Assembly: GCA_023246725.1 (NCBI GenBank)
Contig: JAHFHV010000002.1
Location: 1-52,359 of the forward strand
Reading direction: 5' to 3'
Length of the DNA stretch: 52,359 nucleotides
DNA from: Candidatus Magasanikiibacteriota bacterium
Lineage (GTDB): Bacteria > Patescibacteriota > Patescibacteriia > Magasanikbacterales > GWA2-37-8
Positions 39,204-47,832 of the stretch are shown piece after piece; the stretch's first letter is position 1; each line of letters starts with the position of its first letter. Both the position numbers and the translations under genes were made by a program. The notes beneath the pieces are model-generated. The model was not told the origin of the DNA and did no database searches. It saw nothing but the letters and a program-made list of their open reading frames with translations.

Positions 39204-41003
39204 CTAGCCAAAAGTAAAAGCGAAAACTTCCACCCCCGGAGTCTCAAATTCCAAACGGAGGAAATGGTCGCCCGGTTTGCCTTTAAGATCAATTACATTG
39301 TAGAGCTTGTCCGTATCAACGGTCACAACACCATCTTTCACATCGGCCCCGGCCTGAAGGGTTTTTACCAGCGATCCGTCTAAATATACTTTGACCGTAG
39401 CGCTGGTATTCGCTCCCGGCCGCATAACCAAAAATACTTTATCGGCATAAAAATGGTATTGCAAAATTGCTTTATCGCCAGCCGCTGCCTGCTCGCCTTG
39501 AATATCCCACTCCCCGCCCAAGGTAAACGAATTAACCGGAATATTGGGGGCAATGGTAAACACATCCTTGCCCGGGAGTATTTTTTCCGAAGGAAAATAA
39601 TACTGCATTCTTTGATAACCAAGATACGTTTCGGGCGAGCGGCTGGTTTTGGGAGTTTCGTCTGGCATGGCCTGTAAACTGGTGGTAACATTTTTTCCGC
39701 CTTCTAACAACAGCGCCTGAATGGCTTTTTCCATTTCGTCATATTCCCCTTCGCCAAAATGGGTGCGGCGAATATTGCCGCTCATATCAATTAAATACTC
39801 GGCTGGCCAATAGTGATTGCTGTAGGCGTTCCAGGTGGCAAAATTATTATCCTGCGCCACGGGGTAATTAATGCTGTATTGTTTAATGGCGTTTTCCACA
39901 TTCTTGGTGTTTTTTTCAAATTCAAATTCCGGAGAATGCACGCCAATAACGACAAACCCTTGATCTTTGTATTTATTGTACCAGCCCGTAACGTGCGGCA
40001 GGGTGCGGATGCAGTTGATGCAGGTGTAGGTCCAAAAATCTATCAACACGACCTTGCCTCGCAACTCCATTAAATTCAACGGACCGCTATTAAGCCAATT
40101 GGTAATTCCTCTTAATTCTGGCGCTGGGGTTTTAATATTAAATAATCCGGTGGTGTCAATCTGCGGCATAGGAGTGGGAGAAGTTTTATTAGTCACTGCC
40201 TGGAGTTTACTTGTAACAACTTGGCTAGTTTCAAACTTGCCCACGGTTTCGGAAAATGACGGCAACGTGGTAGCCAGTTTAAGCTGAATCACTTTGTCAT
40301 AATTATAATAAATCGCCAAGGCGGTAAGGATCATAATAACACCAAAGACTTGTTGAATGCGCCCGGTGTAAGGCGACAAACTGCGGGAGCGAGTTAACAG
40401 CTGCTGCCCGCCATAGGCAAAAATAAATAAAGGGATGCCAACGCCAAGCACATACGCAATCGTCAAGGCTACTACATACCCAGTTACTTTGCCTGTGGCC
40501 GCTAAGGCCGCAATAGTCGCGAGTATTGGCCCGGCGCACGGCGCCCACACAATACCCAAGGAAAGCCCGGTGAGGAGTCCGGCCGCAAATTCCCCCCTGG
40601 CAGGGGGGCTCACGGGGGGTGTTGGCTTCCCCTCCTGCCCGAGGAGGGGCTCGGGGGTGGTGGGAGCCTTTGGTTTACTCCAAAAATTATTTAGCCTACT
40701 CACCCACCCCTCCAGTATTGCGGACAGTTTGGGGACAATCATCACCACGCCCAAAAAGGTAATAACTACCACCGCAATAAGACGCAGGTTATTGGGATCA
40801 AAACCAAACACGCGAATTAAACTGGAAATAGCCAGGGTAAACAGGGTAAAACTTACCATGATGCCAAGCACAATCCCTGCGGGGCGGTGCTTGCCCCGCC
40901 CGGCAATAGAGGAAGATAAAATAATGGGCAGGAGAGGCCAAATACACGGGGCCAAAATTGTTACAATGCCGGAGAGAAACGCGAAGCCAAGGAGAAGAAG
41001 CAT
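39204..41003 (-). CDS. DipZ-like thiol:disulfide oxidoreductase (CcdA/DsbD TM domain, thioredoxin-like domain, C-terminal beta domain)
   Basis: It has ..ILAPCIWPLLP.. and ..VWAPCAGPIL.. (CcdA-type Cys) and WTYTCINCIRTLPH (CxxC thioredoxin fold). The long C-terminal domain matches mycobacterial DipZ architecture. It reads through repeat 40591-40668. Confidence 0.8.
   Translation of the reverse strand: MLLLLGFAFLSGIVTILAPCIWPLLPIILSSSIAGRGKHRPAGIVLGIMVSFTLFTLAISSLIRVFGFDPNNLRLIAVVVITFLGVVMIVPKLSAILEGWVSRLNNFWSKPKAPTTPEPLLGQEGKPTPPVSPPARGEFAAGLLTGLSLGIVWAPCAGPILATIAALAATGKVTGYVVALTIAYVLGVGIPLFIFAYGGQQLLTRSRSLSPYTGRIQQVFGVIMILTALAIYYNYDKVIQLKLATTLPSFSETVGKFETSQVVTSKLQAVTNKTSPTPMPQIDTTGLFNIKTPAPELRGITNWLNSGPLNLMELRGKVVLIDFWTYTCINCIRTLPHVTGWYNKYKDQGFVVIGVHSPEFEFEKNTKNVENAIKQYSINYPVAQDNNFATWNAYSNHYWPAEYLIDMSGNIRRTHFGEGEYDEMEKAIQALLLEGGKNVTTSLQAMPDETPKTSRSPETYLGYQRMQYYFPSEKILPGKDVFTIAPNIPVNSFTLGGEWDIQGEQAAAGDKAILQYHFYADKVFLVMRPGANTSATVKVYLDGSLVKTLQAGADVKDGVVTVDTDKLYNVIDLKGKPGDHFLRLEFETPGVEVFAFTFG
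40591..40668. repeat. Family 2-like GC-rich double hairpin, in frame within the DipZ-like gene
   Basis: It contains CCCCCCT-ggc-AGGGGGG and CCCCTCCT-gcccg-AGGAGGGG, translated as ..PTTPEPLLGQEGKPTPPVSPPARGE.. in a loop between TM helices. Confidence 0.65.
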
Positions 41004-41114
41004 AATAAAGTGTTATAGAGCTTAGCGATTATTCACCAAGCTCAAATGTTATATGTTACTTGACTTTAATTCCCTATTGATGTATAGTAAAAATGATCAT
41101 TTCGATCACGAATT

Positions 41115-41891
41115 CTAGAGCTTGGGGGCCCCTTCACCGGGGTCCCCTTTGCGTTCTAACTCCCTCTTCCAACAAATAAAGTCACGTATTTTCTGAATGT
41201 CAAAAATCATGAGTCCTTTTTGGGTCAATGCAGACAGTTCTTTTGATACTTTTCTCGCGGTAGCAAATAATACAACTTTTTTACCCGCAGCCATAAGTTT
41301 CTCAATTGGATCCGCAAAATCGCTATCTCCGCTCCAAAGCACAAATGTTTCCGCACTATTACGCTCGCAGTCAAGAAGCATGTCTACTCCTATTTCCACG
41401 TCAAAATTACATTTCATGTCTTCAATGACATGCTCACCTTTTTTATTCATATCGTAAAAACGCTGGTTCAGATATTCAATTGTCGCAATTTCATACTTCT
41501 TCAGTAACGCCCGACGAATAAATTGATCCAACAATACCGTTGAATCAGGTAATATACTAGATGCATTGATTGAAAATTTCAGAATTTTAACCGGTTTTGT
41601 TCTTAAAACATACTTACAATTCTCCGCCTCAGATTTCTCTTTCTCCGATCGCTCATTGCCAGCAAGGTAACCATTATAAAAATTAACCACTTTTATTGTA
41701 TCAAAAGAATTTAAAAATTGTTTAAGGCGCTTCAACTCGATATGCCAGCCAAGTTTTTCGCTCCAAGGTCGGACATTCGCATAGTCAATATAGATATGGG
41801 TTTCGGCAACAAAAATACTTTCAAGCTGTTCAATGACTGCTCGTTTATCTGCAACAATCTGCTGAATTTTTTCTGTTTTTGGAGAAAACAT
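41115..41891 (-). CDS. NYN-domain (LabA-like, PIN-related) protein
   Basis: The pattern ..THIYIDYANV...VLWSGDSDFADPIEKL...VVLFAT.. fits NYN/LabA. The gene is A+T-rich and lies 4 nt after the KTSC gene. Confidence 0.65.
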   Translation of the reverse strand: MFSPKTEKIQQIVADKRAVIEQLESIFVAETHIYIDYANVRPWSEKLGWHIELKRLKQFLNSFDTIKVVNFYNGYLAGNERSEKEKSEAENCKYVLRTKPVKILKFSINASSILPDSTVLLDQFIRRALLKKYEIATIEYLNQRFYDMNKKGEHVIEDMKCNFDVEIGVDMLLDCERNSAETFVLWSGDSDFADPIEKLMAAGKKVVLFATARKVSKELSALTQKGLMIFDIQKIRDFICWKRELERKGDPGEGAPKL

Positions 41892-41895
41892 AAAA

Positions 41896-42108
41896 TCAGC
41901 TAACTTTTTGGTAGCGATAATTATATTTAATATGGTCTTTTAAAAAACTTCCTTTCGATGAAGAGCCCATTAATCCACCATATAAATTCTCTGGAACGTC
42001 AAAATACTGATAAATATCGCCCGATATAAACTCAACCTCCAAAATTGCGGAGGATCTATCATAACCTACTGAGCGAATGTTTGTTGAAGAAACGGAAGTT
42101 CTATTCAT
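41896..42108 (-). CDS. KTSC domain protein
   Basis: The 70-aa product ..SSTNIRSVGYDRSSAILEVEFISGDIYQYFDVPENLYGGLM.SSSKGSF.. matches the KTSC pattern. Confidence 0.65.
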   Translation of the reverse strand: MNRTSVSSTNIRSVGYDRSSAILEVEFISGDIYQYFDVPENLYGGLMGSSSKGSFLKDHIKYNYRYQKVS

Positions 42109-42121
42109 GAACCAAAATCAA

Positions 42122-42484
42122 TTATTTATAATTTTCGTATGCTTTTAACAACAAAACCTTCAAAATTTCTCTTTTAATCTTAACATCTTCTTTCTCTACC
42201 CGAAGCCGATATAGGCCCCATCGTTTTTGATAACCCATGTCGTTTAACTCATTATCCTCGATAATCTTCTGGATATCCTCCGAATAAGGTAATTTAATTT
42301 CAATATTTAGCGTATTTTTACGAGGCCTAAACGATGCAAAATTATTAGCCTGGCCATCTTTGCTTAAGCCAATATAAAATAAAATATTATTTTTTCTTAC
42401 GTTTGGACGCATGTTCGTCCAATAAACTCGCCAACGGACTAAGGTTGGGTTTAAATTTTGCAGGCGCAGAGAAAATCGGCCCAT
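42122..42484 (-). CDS. hypothetical protein (DUF5655-like pattern), possibly a 5'-truncated remnant
   Basis: A 120-aa ORF with ..FASFRPRKNTLNIEIKLPYSED... Its ATG is only 12 nt from the tRNA-Trp 3' end, and the gene is A+T-rich. Confidence 0.4.
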   Translation of the reverse strand: MGRFSLRLQNLNPTLVRWRVYWTNMRPNVRKNNILFYIGLSKDGQANNFASFRPRKNTLNIEIKLPYSEDIQKIIEDNELNDMGYQKRWGLYRLRVEKEDVKIKREILKVLLLKAYENYK

Positions 42485-42495
42485 TTACGATTGTG

Positions 42496-42566
42496 CAGGC
42501 GCGGTAAGAATCGAACTCACGCATCTTCTTTTGGAGAGAAGTGTACTACCATTATACGACGCGCCC
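42496..42566 (-). tRNA. tRNA-Trp (anticodon CCA)
   Basis: Folded by hand as a cloverleaf: acceptor GGGCGCG/CGCGCCT (G1-U72), D arm GTAT-AATGGTA-GTAC, anticodon arm CTTCT-CTCCAAA-AGAAG, T arm GTGAG-TTCGATT-CTTAC, discriminator G. CCA is not encoded. Confidence 0.85.
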
Positions 42567-42630
42567 AAATCAATTACCCCTCGTTTGAGGGGTAATACTA
42601 CTATAAATGATGAGAAAAATCAAGTTTTGT

Positions 42631-43467
42631 TTAAGCCGCTGGCGGAGGAGGATTTTGAGGAGGGGCCACCGGAGCGGTTTCACCCTGCGTGAGCACCAAG
42701 GCCAGCATAAAGGCGCTTAAGACCAAAAACGGAATATGGCCGATGTTGACGCCAAGGAGCGGCAGGACAAGTGAGATAATTGACGGCAAGGTGATGGCAA
42801 AAAGGCCAACCGTAAATAATTCTCCCCACTGCCACGGACGCTTGGCCAGGCGCGCCACAATAAGTGCGATGAGTGAAACAATAATAATGAGAAACAATTT
42901 GCCAATACTAAGCCCGACAAAAAGAAACAAGCCAATTACTACCAGCAGAATTCCAATGAATACCGGGCTCAAAAACTTTTGTATCCAGCCTAACACGCGC
43001 GCGCGGTTAAACGACGTATCCGGCATGTCTTTAAAATACTGGGTGCGGCCATTGTTTTGATTGGTGTCAAAAAACTCCACTTTTTCTTTGGTCACTAAAA
43101 CCCCGCTTTCGTCAGTTTCTAAAATATAATTAAGATCAGGAGTACTCGTAGACACAGTATCAACCATAACCACAAATGTATCACCTTCGTCGTCTTCACC
43201 TCGGTACGTAAATGGCTGTTCAAGGCCAGCAATAGATAATTCGCCACTTTTAAACGTGGCAACAAATTCGGGAATTACCTCACCGGCTCGCGAGCGAATT
43301 TCGGGGACAACTTTAAACAAACTCACCGCCATACCAGCTAGCACGACAATAGTAACCAGCGCTACCAAACCAAAAAAATACTTCCACGCGCCAGCGCGGT
43401 TAGCTTTATTGGCTTTCAGCCACCCTACATCGTACAGACTTTTATACAAAGAAGTAAAAAAAGCCAT
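42631..43467 (-). CDS. DUF1189-like polytopic membrane protein
   Basis: The N terminus MAFFTSLYKSLYDVGWLKAN.. resembles the start of DUF1189/YvdJ-type proteins. It has several TMs and a Pro-rich tail. Confidence 0.55.
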   Translation of the reverse strand: MAFFTSLYKSLYDVGWLKANKANRAGAWKYFFGLVALVTIVVLAGMAVSLFKVVPEIRSRAGEVIPEFVATFKSGELSIAGLEQPFTYRGEDDEGDTFVVMVDTVSTSTPDLNYILETDESGVLVTKEKVEFFDTNQNNGRTQYFKDMPDTSFNRARVLGWIQKFLSPVFIGILLVVIGLFLFVGLSIGKLFLIIIVSLIALIVARLAKRPWQWGELFTVGLFAITLPSIISLVLPLLGVNIGHIPFLVLSAFMLALVLTQGETAPVAPPQNPPPPAA

Positions 43468-43478
43468 AGAGAATGGAG

Positions 43479-43634
43479 TTATTTGGTTTCTTTATGCAGG
43501 GTGTGCTGGCGGCACGAGCGGCAATATTTTTTTAATTCCAGCCGCCCTTTGAGCATTTTTTTATTTTTCTTGCTGAAGTTGCCCACGCGCTTGCACACCG
43601 TGCATTCAAATTTTACGAGATTGTCTTGAGACAT
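43479..43634 (-). CDS. rpmG: 50S ribosomal protein L33
   Basis: The product is MSQDNLVKFECTVCKRVGNFSKKNKKMLKGRLELKKYCRSCRQHTLHKETK, with two CxxC pairs. I trimmed the start to the ATG at 43634. Confidence 0.85.
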   Translation of the reverse strand: MSQDNLVKFECTVCKRVGNFSKKNKKMLKGRLELKKYCRSCRQHTLHKETK

Positions 43635-43768
43635 ATGATTTGACGAAATTATGTGATTTAACGAAATCATGCAGCGCAACGACAGTTGAAGCGCTGCCCG
43701 CGTCCTTTGAGGCGCGGCGCGACTCGCAGGAAGCGAAGAAGATTCCTTGCTGTAAATTAATTACTAAG

Positions 43769-43841
43769 AGCCGTTGTCGGGATTTGAACCCGAGACCTTT
43801 TCCTTACCATGGAAATGCTCTACCAACTGAGCTACAACGGC
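43769..43841 (-). tRNA. tRNA-Thr (anticodon GGT)
   Basis: Cloverleaf: GCCGTTG-TA-GCTC-AGTTGGTA-GAGC-A-TTTCC-ATGGTAA-GGAAA-AGGTC-TCGGG-TTCAAAT-CCCGA-CAACGGC-T. Confidence 0.9.
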
Positions 43842-43861
43842 AATAAAATTAAGTTAATCCG

Positions 43862-43933
43862 AGCCAACAGTCGGGCTCGAACCGACGACCTGCTGTTTAC
43901 AAAACAGCTGCTCTACCGCTGAGCTATGTTGGC
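43862..43933 (-). tRNA. tRNA-Thr (anticodon TGT)
   Basis: Cloverleaf: GCCAACA-TA-GCTC-AGCGGTA-GAGC-A-GCTGT-TTTGTAA-ACAGC-AGGTC-GTCGG-TTCGAGC-CCGAC-TGTTGGC-T. Confidence 0.9.
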
Positions 43934-44080
43934 GATTACATAGAAAGACAAAACAGCTGCTCCCGTGCACCACAAGGATACACGGCCATGAACCCTTGTG
44001 GTTCATGATACCAACTGCCTGCCCGCCTCTGGTGGGAGTTACTCCGGCGCAATTGGCCCCTATCATACCAAAACAGCCAA
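43934..44080 (-). ncRNA. candidate structured RNA / leader upstream of the tRNA-Thr pair (class unknown)
   Basis: The minus strand shows a nested helix ATGATA..CCAATTG..CGCC..GGAG-taa-CTCC..GGCG..CAGTTGG..TATCAT, then the hairpin CATGAACC-acaag-GGTTCATG, then CCGTG..CACGG. The alternative 9-bp pairing ACCACAAGG/CCTTGTGGT is mutually exclusive with the last two hairpins. There is no credible ORF. Confidence 0.25.
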
Positions 44081-44165
44081 AAAATGTCTAGTCGGGAGGC
44101 CGGTGGTTGGATTATTCCCAAAATAAAAGCTTTAAGCTATACTATACTGTAGAAAACTACACACT

Positions 44166-44771
44166 ATGCAAGACTTATTCGTAACACTTAAGCCGTACTT
44201 TCTTTTTTTACACGCCATTGGGTTTATTGTTGGCCTGGGGAGTGCTATTGTGGCCGATACGCTCTTTTTTAGATTCTTAAAAGACCTGCGCATTTCTAAA
44301 GAAGAAGAATACATACTCTCCTATGTGGGGCGACTGGTGATTATAGGGCTGATTGTGCTCCTTATAAGCGGAATTGGGATCTTTCTTTCAGACCCCGTTA
44401 AATACCTGGCATCGTCTAAATTTTTAACCAAAATGGCAATTGTAGTAGTTATTGCCATTAATGGATTTCTCCTCCACAGATACCTGGCGCCTCGCCTTAC
44501 GCTCATTGAGTGGGACAAAGGAGCGCATGCCAAAAATCGGCGCGCGCGCAAAATGGCCGCCGCGCTCGGCGCGGTGTCATCAACCTCATGGTTTAGCGCC
44601 CTCCTCTTGGGGTATCTGCGCTCAATTCCCTTTACCTTTGGGCAGGCTTTTTGGTGCTATATTTTACTCCTACTTTGCGCCATAGGAGTAAGCCAAATAC
44701 TAGAAAATTATTTTGCCCGCCAAATGGATCATGTCTTTGAAGTCTTTGATCCATTTAAAGATAACGAATAG
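44166..44771 (+). CDS. hypothetical polytopic membrane protein
   Basis: A 201-aa ORF with about 5 hydrophobic helices. TATACT motifs lie at 44139-44150 upstream and a terminator follows. Confidence 0.6.
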   Translation: MQDLFVTLKPYFLFLHAIGFIVGLGSAIVADTLFFRFLKDLRISKEEEYILSYVGRLVIIGLIVLLISGIGIFLSDPVKYLASSKFLTKMAIVVVIAINGFLLHRYLAPRLTLIEWDKGAHAKNRRARKMAAALGAVSSTSWFSALLLGYLRSIPFTFGQAFWCYILLLLCAIGVSQILENYFARQMDHVFEVFDPFKDNE

Positions 44772-44783
44772 GAAGTTACAAGA

Positions 44784-44813
44784 CAAAATCGTGCGGCAAA
44801 GCACGATTTTTTT
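44784..44813. terminator. bidirectional Rho-independent terminator (membrane protein gene / tRNA-Tyr)
   Basis: AAAATCGTGC-ggcaaa-GCACGATTTTTTT has an 8-bp stem with an A-run and a T-run on either side. Confidence 0.7.
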
Positions 44814-44814
44814 G

Positions 44815-44896
44815 TGGGCAGGCTAGGATTCGAACCTAGGAAGGCGTAGCCAGCTGATTTACAGTCAGCCCTCGTTGACCGCTTGAGTACCTGCCC
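44815..44896 (-). tRNA. tRNA-Tyr (anticodon GTA), long variable arm
   Basis: GGGCAGG acceptor, anticodon arm GCTGA-CTGTAAA-TCAGC, 13-nt variable arm, T arm CTAGG-TTCGAAT-CCTAG, discriminator A. Confidence 0.9.
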
Positions 44897-44900
44897 ATCG

Positions 44901-45797
44901 TTACATTTTCTCAATTCTCTCTTTAAACTGTACCAATTTCTGATTGTCCGGATTAACCAAGCGCAGTTCCTGGAATGATTCGGCGGCTAAATTCTTATCG
45001 CCCGCTAGTATAGCAGTTTCAATAAGCAAGTCAAGATACTTGGGATTCTTGGGTTCTAAGGCCACGGCTGATAGTATCGCCTCACGGGCGGTTTGCGGCT
45101 CTTTAACCTGGAGCAACAGTTCCGCCAAGCGATAAAAACGCGGCGATAAAGAATCATTTAAAAGCGCCGCTTGCTGGTACCATTCAATCGCTTCCTGGAG
45201 ATTATTTTTTAGAGCGGCGAGTTCGCCTAATTTAACCGCGACGGCATCATTAGTGGAATCCAGCTTAAACAAAAACCGGTAGGTTTCCTCAGCTTCACTG
45301 TTTGACCCCTCTGCCACGTAGGTATCGGCCAGCCCGCGGTAAGCCGGAATGGATTTAGTGTCCAGCTTTATAGCGGCGATAAAATGCTCCTCGGCTTTGT
45401 CAAAATGTTCGCTTGCAAGAGCGCTTTCGCCGGCGCGGATAAGATCCGTAAGCTGGTCGGTTTTTTCAGTCTCGGAAAGGCGTGATTTTTCAAAACGCTT
45501 TTTGACTGATTGTTCATGTCGCCACAAACGCTCTACCCTGGCCACATACTGCCTAAATTTAAGCTGCGCCAGTTCCCACACACCTTTAAGCGGGGTCAGA
45601 CGTTTTTGCCAACGCTCGCGCGCGGCCCGGGCTTCCACCTCAATGCGATTAAGAAGCAATTCTTTTTTCTTTCGCGCTTCACGCTCGGCCGGCAGATGCT
45701 GCGTGTCTACATTGGCCAGCTGAGGCAATTTTGGCACTACCACATACCCAACAGCACAGAGAGCCAAAAGAATTATAATCGGAAAAATAATCATCAT
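44901..45797 (-). CDS. TPR-repeat protein with N-terminal TM anchor
   Basis: It has an N-terminal TM (IIFPIIILLALCAVGYVV), a coiled basic region, then TPR-like repeats (..AEEHFIAAIKLD.., ..AIEWYQQAALLN.., ..AREAILSAVALEPKN..). Confidence 0.7.
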   Translation of the reverse strand: MMIIFPIIILLALCAVGYVVVPKLPQLANVDTQHLPAEREARKKKELLLNRIEVEARAARERWQKRLTPLKGVWELAQLKFRQYVARVERLWRHEQSVKKRFEKSRLSETEKTDQLTDLIRAGESALASEHFDKAEEHFIAAIKLDTKSIPAYRGLADTYVAEGSNSEAEETYRFLFKLDSTNDAVAVKLGELAALKNNLQEAIEWYQQAALLNDSLSPRFYRLAELLLQVKEPQTAREAILSAVALEPKNPKYLDLLIETAILAGDKNLAAESFQELRLVNPDNQKLVQFKERIEKM

Positions 45798-46534
45798 AGG
45801 GCCTCAAGAATAGCCTGCCAGCTGTCTTCATGGGTGCTGGCCGCTCCAACCAACACTCCGCTAATGTGCGTTTGGTTAATATACGCCGACACGTTATCTG
45901 GCCGCACGCTCCCGCCATACAAAATAATCAGGGCAAACTCCGGTCCCATAAGCGCGGTGGTCCAGCTGGCAACAAGGCCGGCAATTCGCTCGGCTTCCTC
46001 TGGTTCGCAAGCCGCGCCGGTGCCAATTGCCCACACCGGTTCATAGGCAATAATAAAATCTCTACCCGCTGGCCAGGCCACATCGGTAAACGCCGAACGA
46101 ATCTGGGCTTCTAAGACTTCCGCTGTTTCATTCTTGTCGCGCTGTTCTTTTGTTTCGCCTATGCACAAAACAGGAATGATTTTTGTTGTGACAACTGCAT
46201 CAATTTTTTGCCGCACCACATGGTTAGTTTCGCCAAACAAGTGGCGCCGCTCCGAATGCCCGACCAGCGCAAACTCGCACCCGGTAGCCTGAAACATGGC
46301 GGCTGAAATTTCACCAGTCACGCCGCCTTTGTCAACAAAGTAAACGTTTTGCGCCCCCACGGCAATGGCGCTCCCTTGTAATGCCGCAACCACACTTGTT
46401 GCGGCAAGGGCAGACGGAAAAACAGCTGTAGAAATTTCGGACGATTGCTTTAAATTTTTAAACGCGCGCGCCAAAGCCACGCTTTCCGCGACATCTAGAT
46501 ACATTTTCCAATTGGCAAATAAATATTTTTTCAT
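45794..46534 (-). CDS. tpiA: triosephosphate isomerase
   Basis: Motifs ANWKMY, VGHSERR and IAYEPVWAIGTG are present. I trimmed the start to the ATG at 46534, which makes an ATGA overlap with the upstream peptidase stop. Confidence 0.9.
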   Translation of the reverse strand: MKKYLFANWKMYLDVAESVALARAFKNLKQSSEISTAVFPSALAATSVVAALQGSAIAVGAQNVYFVDKGGVTGEISAAMFQATGCEFALVGHSERRHLFGETNHVVRQKIDAVVTTKIIPVLCIGETKEQRDKNETAEVLEAQIRSAFTDVAWPAGRDFIIAYEPVWAIGTGAACEPEEAERIAGLVASWTTALMGPEFALIILYGGSVRPDNVSAYINQTHISGVLVGAASTHEDSWQAILEAL

Positions 46535-47829
46535 ATCATCTTCATTATTTTTTCTTTGCTTACGGTTCCAACCGGCCCAATCACCGCCAGACGCGTTTGA
46601 CTTCCGACAAATAATTTTTTGGCAACGCGCTGTACCTCGGCGGCAGTTACTTTTTTTATCTGTGTCATTACCCACTCCGGCGTTTCAATGGTAGGGCTAA
46701 AAATAAATTCTTTAGCGTACCACTGCGCCTGAAAGCCGCTGTTTTCTAATTTGAGCGCGAGCGCGCCAGCCATACTGCTCTTGGCATCCTTCAGTTCGCT
46801 TCTTGAAACCGGTTCGGTGGTCATGCGCATCATTTCGGTTTGAATGACGGCCAAGGCTTCCTTAAGCCTGGCCGGGTCAAGCCCCGCCTGCGCGTACACC
46901 AAACCCACATCGCGGTAGCTCGTGCTCGCGGCATGTACCATATAGGCCAATCCCCGGCGCTCGCGCACTTCTACAAACAAGCGTGAACTCATGCCCGCGC
47001 CTAAAATATTGAGTAGAATTGACGCCGCGAACCGATCCGGGTGATTGTTTGGAATCCCTGGAAATCCAACTATAACTTGCGCCTGGTCAATTTTTTTCTC
47101 TTGCACCAGCACCCGTTTAGCCAGCGAGACCTTGCCCTTTGGCCAGGTGAATACCGGGAACCCGTGTTTATAAAAAACAAAATTTTTCGCCTCACGTGGC
47201 GCTTTCTGACTAACAAAATATCCAAGCATTTTTTTCATCTGTGGCTTTTTGATGTTTCCGGCCACGACCAAAACCATATTCCGCGGCGAATAGTGCTTTT
47301 GGTAATACTGCCACAATTCTGGTTGGCTTAGCCCCTGCACCGTTTTTTCTGTGCCGCCAATATCCCGCCCCAAAGCAGAGTCGCCAAAAGCTAATCCTTC
47401 AAACAACTGGTCAATCGCCATCAGCGGATTATCTTTGTACATGCGTAGTTCTTCCACAATCGGGCCTTTTTCTTTGTCCACTTCCACCGGTTCAAGTTTA
47501 GAATGGTAAATCATGTCCGACAATAAATCAAACGCCACCGCCTGGTCATCACCGTTAATTCTAATATAATAACCGGTGTAATCTTTATTGGTAAACGCAT
47601 TGTAGTCGGCGCCATAAGCTTCAATCGCGCGCGAAATATCCTGCGCCGACGGACGCTTGTTGGTTCCCTTAAACAACATGTGCTCCACAAAATGCGACGC
47701 GCCGGATAACTTGTTGGTTTCATAGCGCGACCCAACCGGAAACATAGCTAAAATAGTGGTGGCTTTAGTGCCAGTCACTGGGACGGTAATAAGAGTAATG
47801 CCGTTTTTGAGTTTAGAAATTTTGTGCAT
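46531..47829 (-). CDS. M16-family (pitrilysin-like) zinc peptidase
   Basis: It has the HxxEH motif in ..GASHFVEHMLFKGT.. and a two-domain length of 432 aa. Confidence 0.85.
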   Translation of the reverse strand: MHKISKLKNGITLITVPVTGTKATTILAMFPVGSRYETNKLSGASHFVEHMLFKGTNKRPSAQDISRAIEAYGADYNAFTNKDYTGYYIRINGDDQAVAFDLLSDMIYHSKLEPVEVDKEKGPIVEELRMYKDNPLMAIDQLFEGLAFGDSALGRDIGGTEKTVQGLSQPELWQYYQKHYSPRNMVLVVAGNIKKPQMKKMLGYFVSQKAPREAKNFVFYKHGFPVFTWPKGKVSLAKRVLVQEKKIDQAQVIVGFPGIPNNHPDRFAASILLNILGAGMSSRLFVEVRERRGLAYMVHAASTSYRDVGLVYAQAGLDPARLKEALAVIQTEMMRMTTEPVSRSELKDAKSSMAGALALKLENSGFQAQWYAKEFIFSPTIETPEWVMTQIKKVTAAEVQRVAKKLFVGSQTRLAVIGPVGTVSKEKIMKMI

Positions 47830-47832
47830 AAA

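Noticed and set aside
43854-44121. ORFs 43854-44066(-) and 43936-44121(-)
   Set aside because: They run through the tRNA-Thr(TGT) gene and the structured spacer, and have no SD or protein-like composition.
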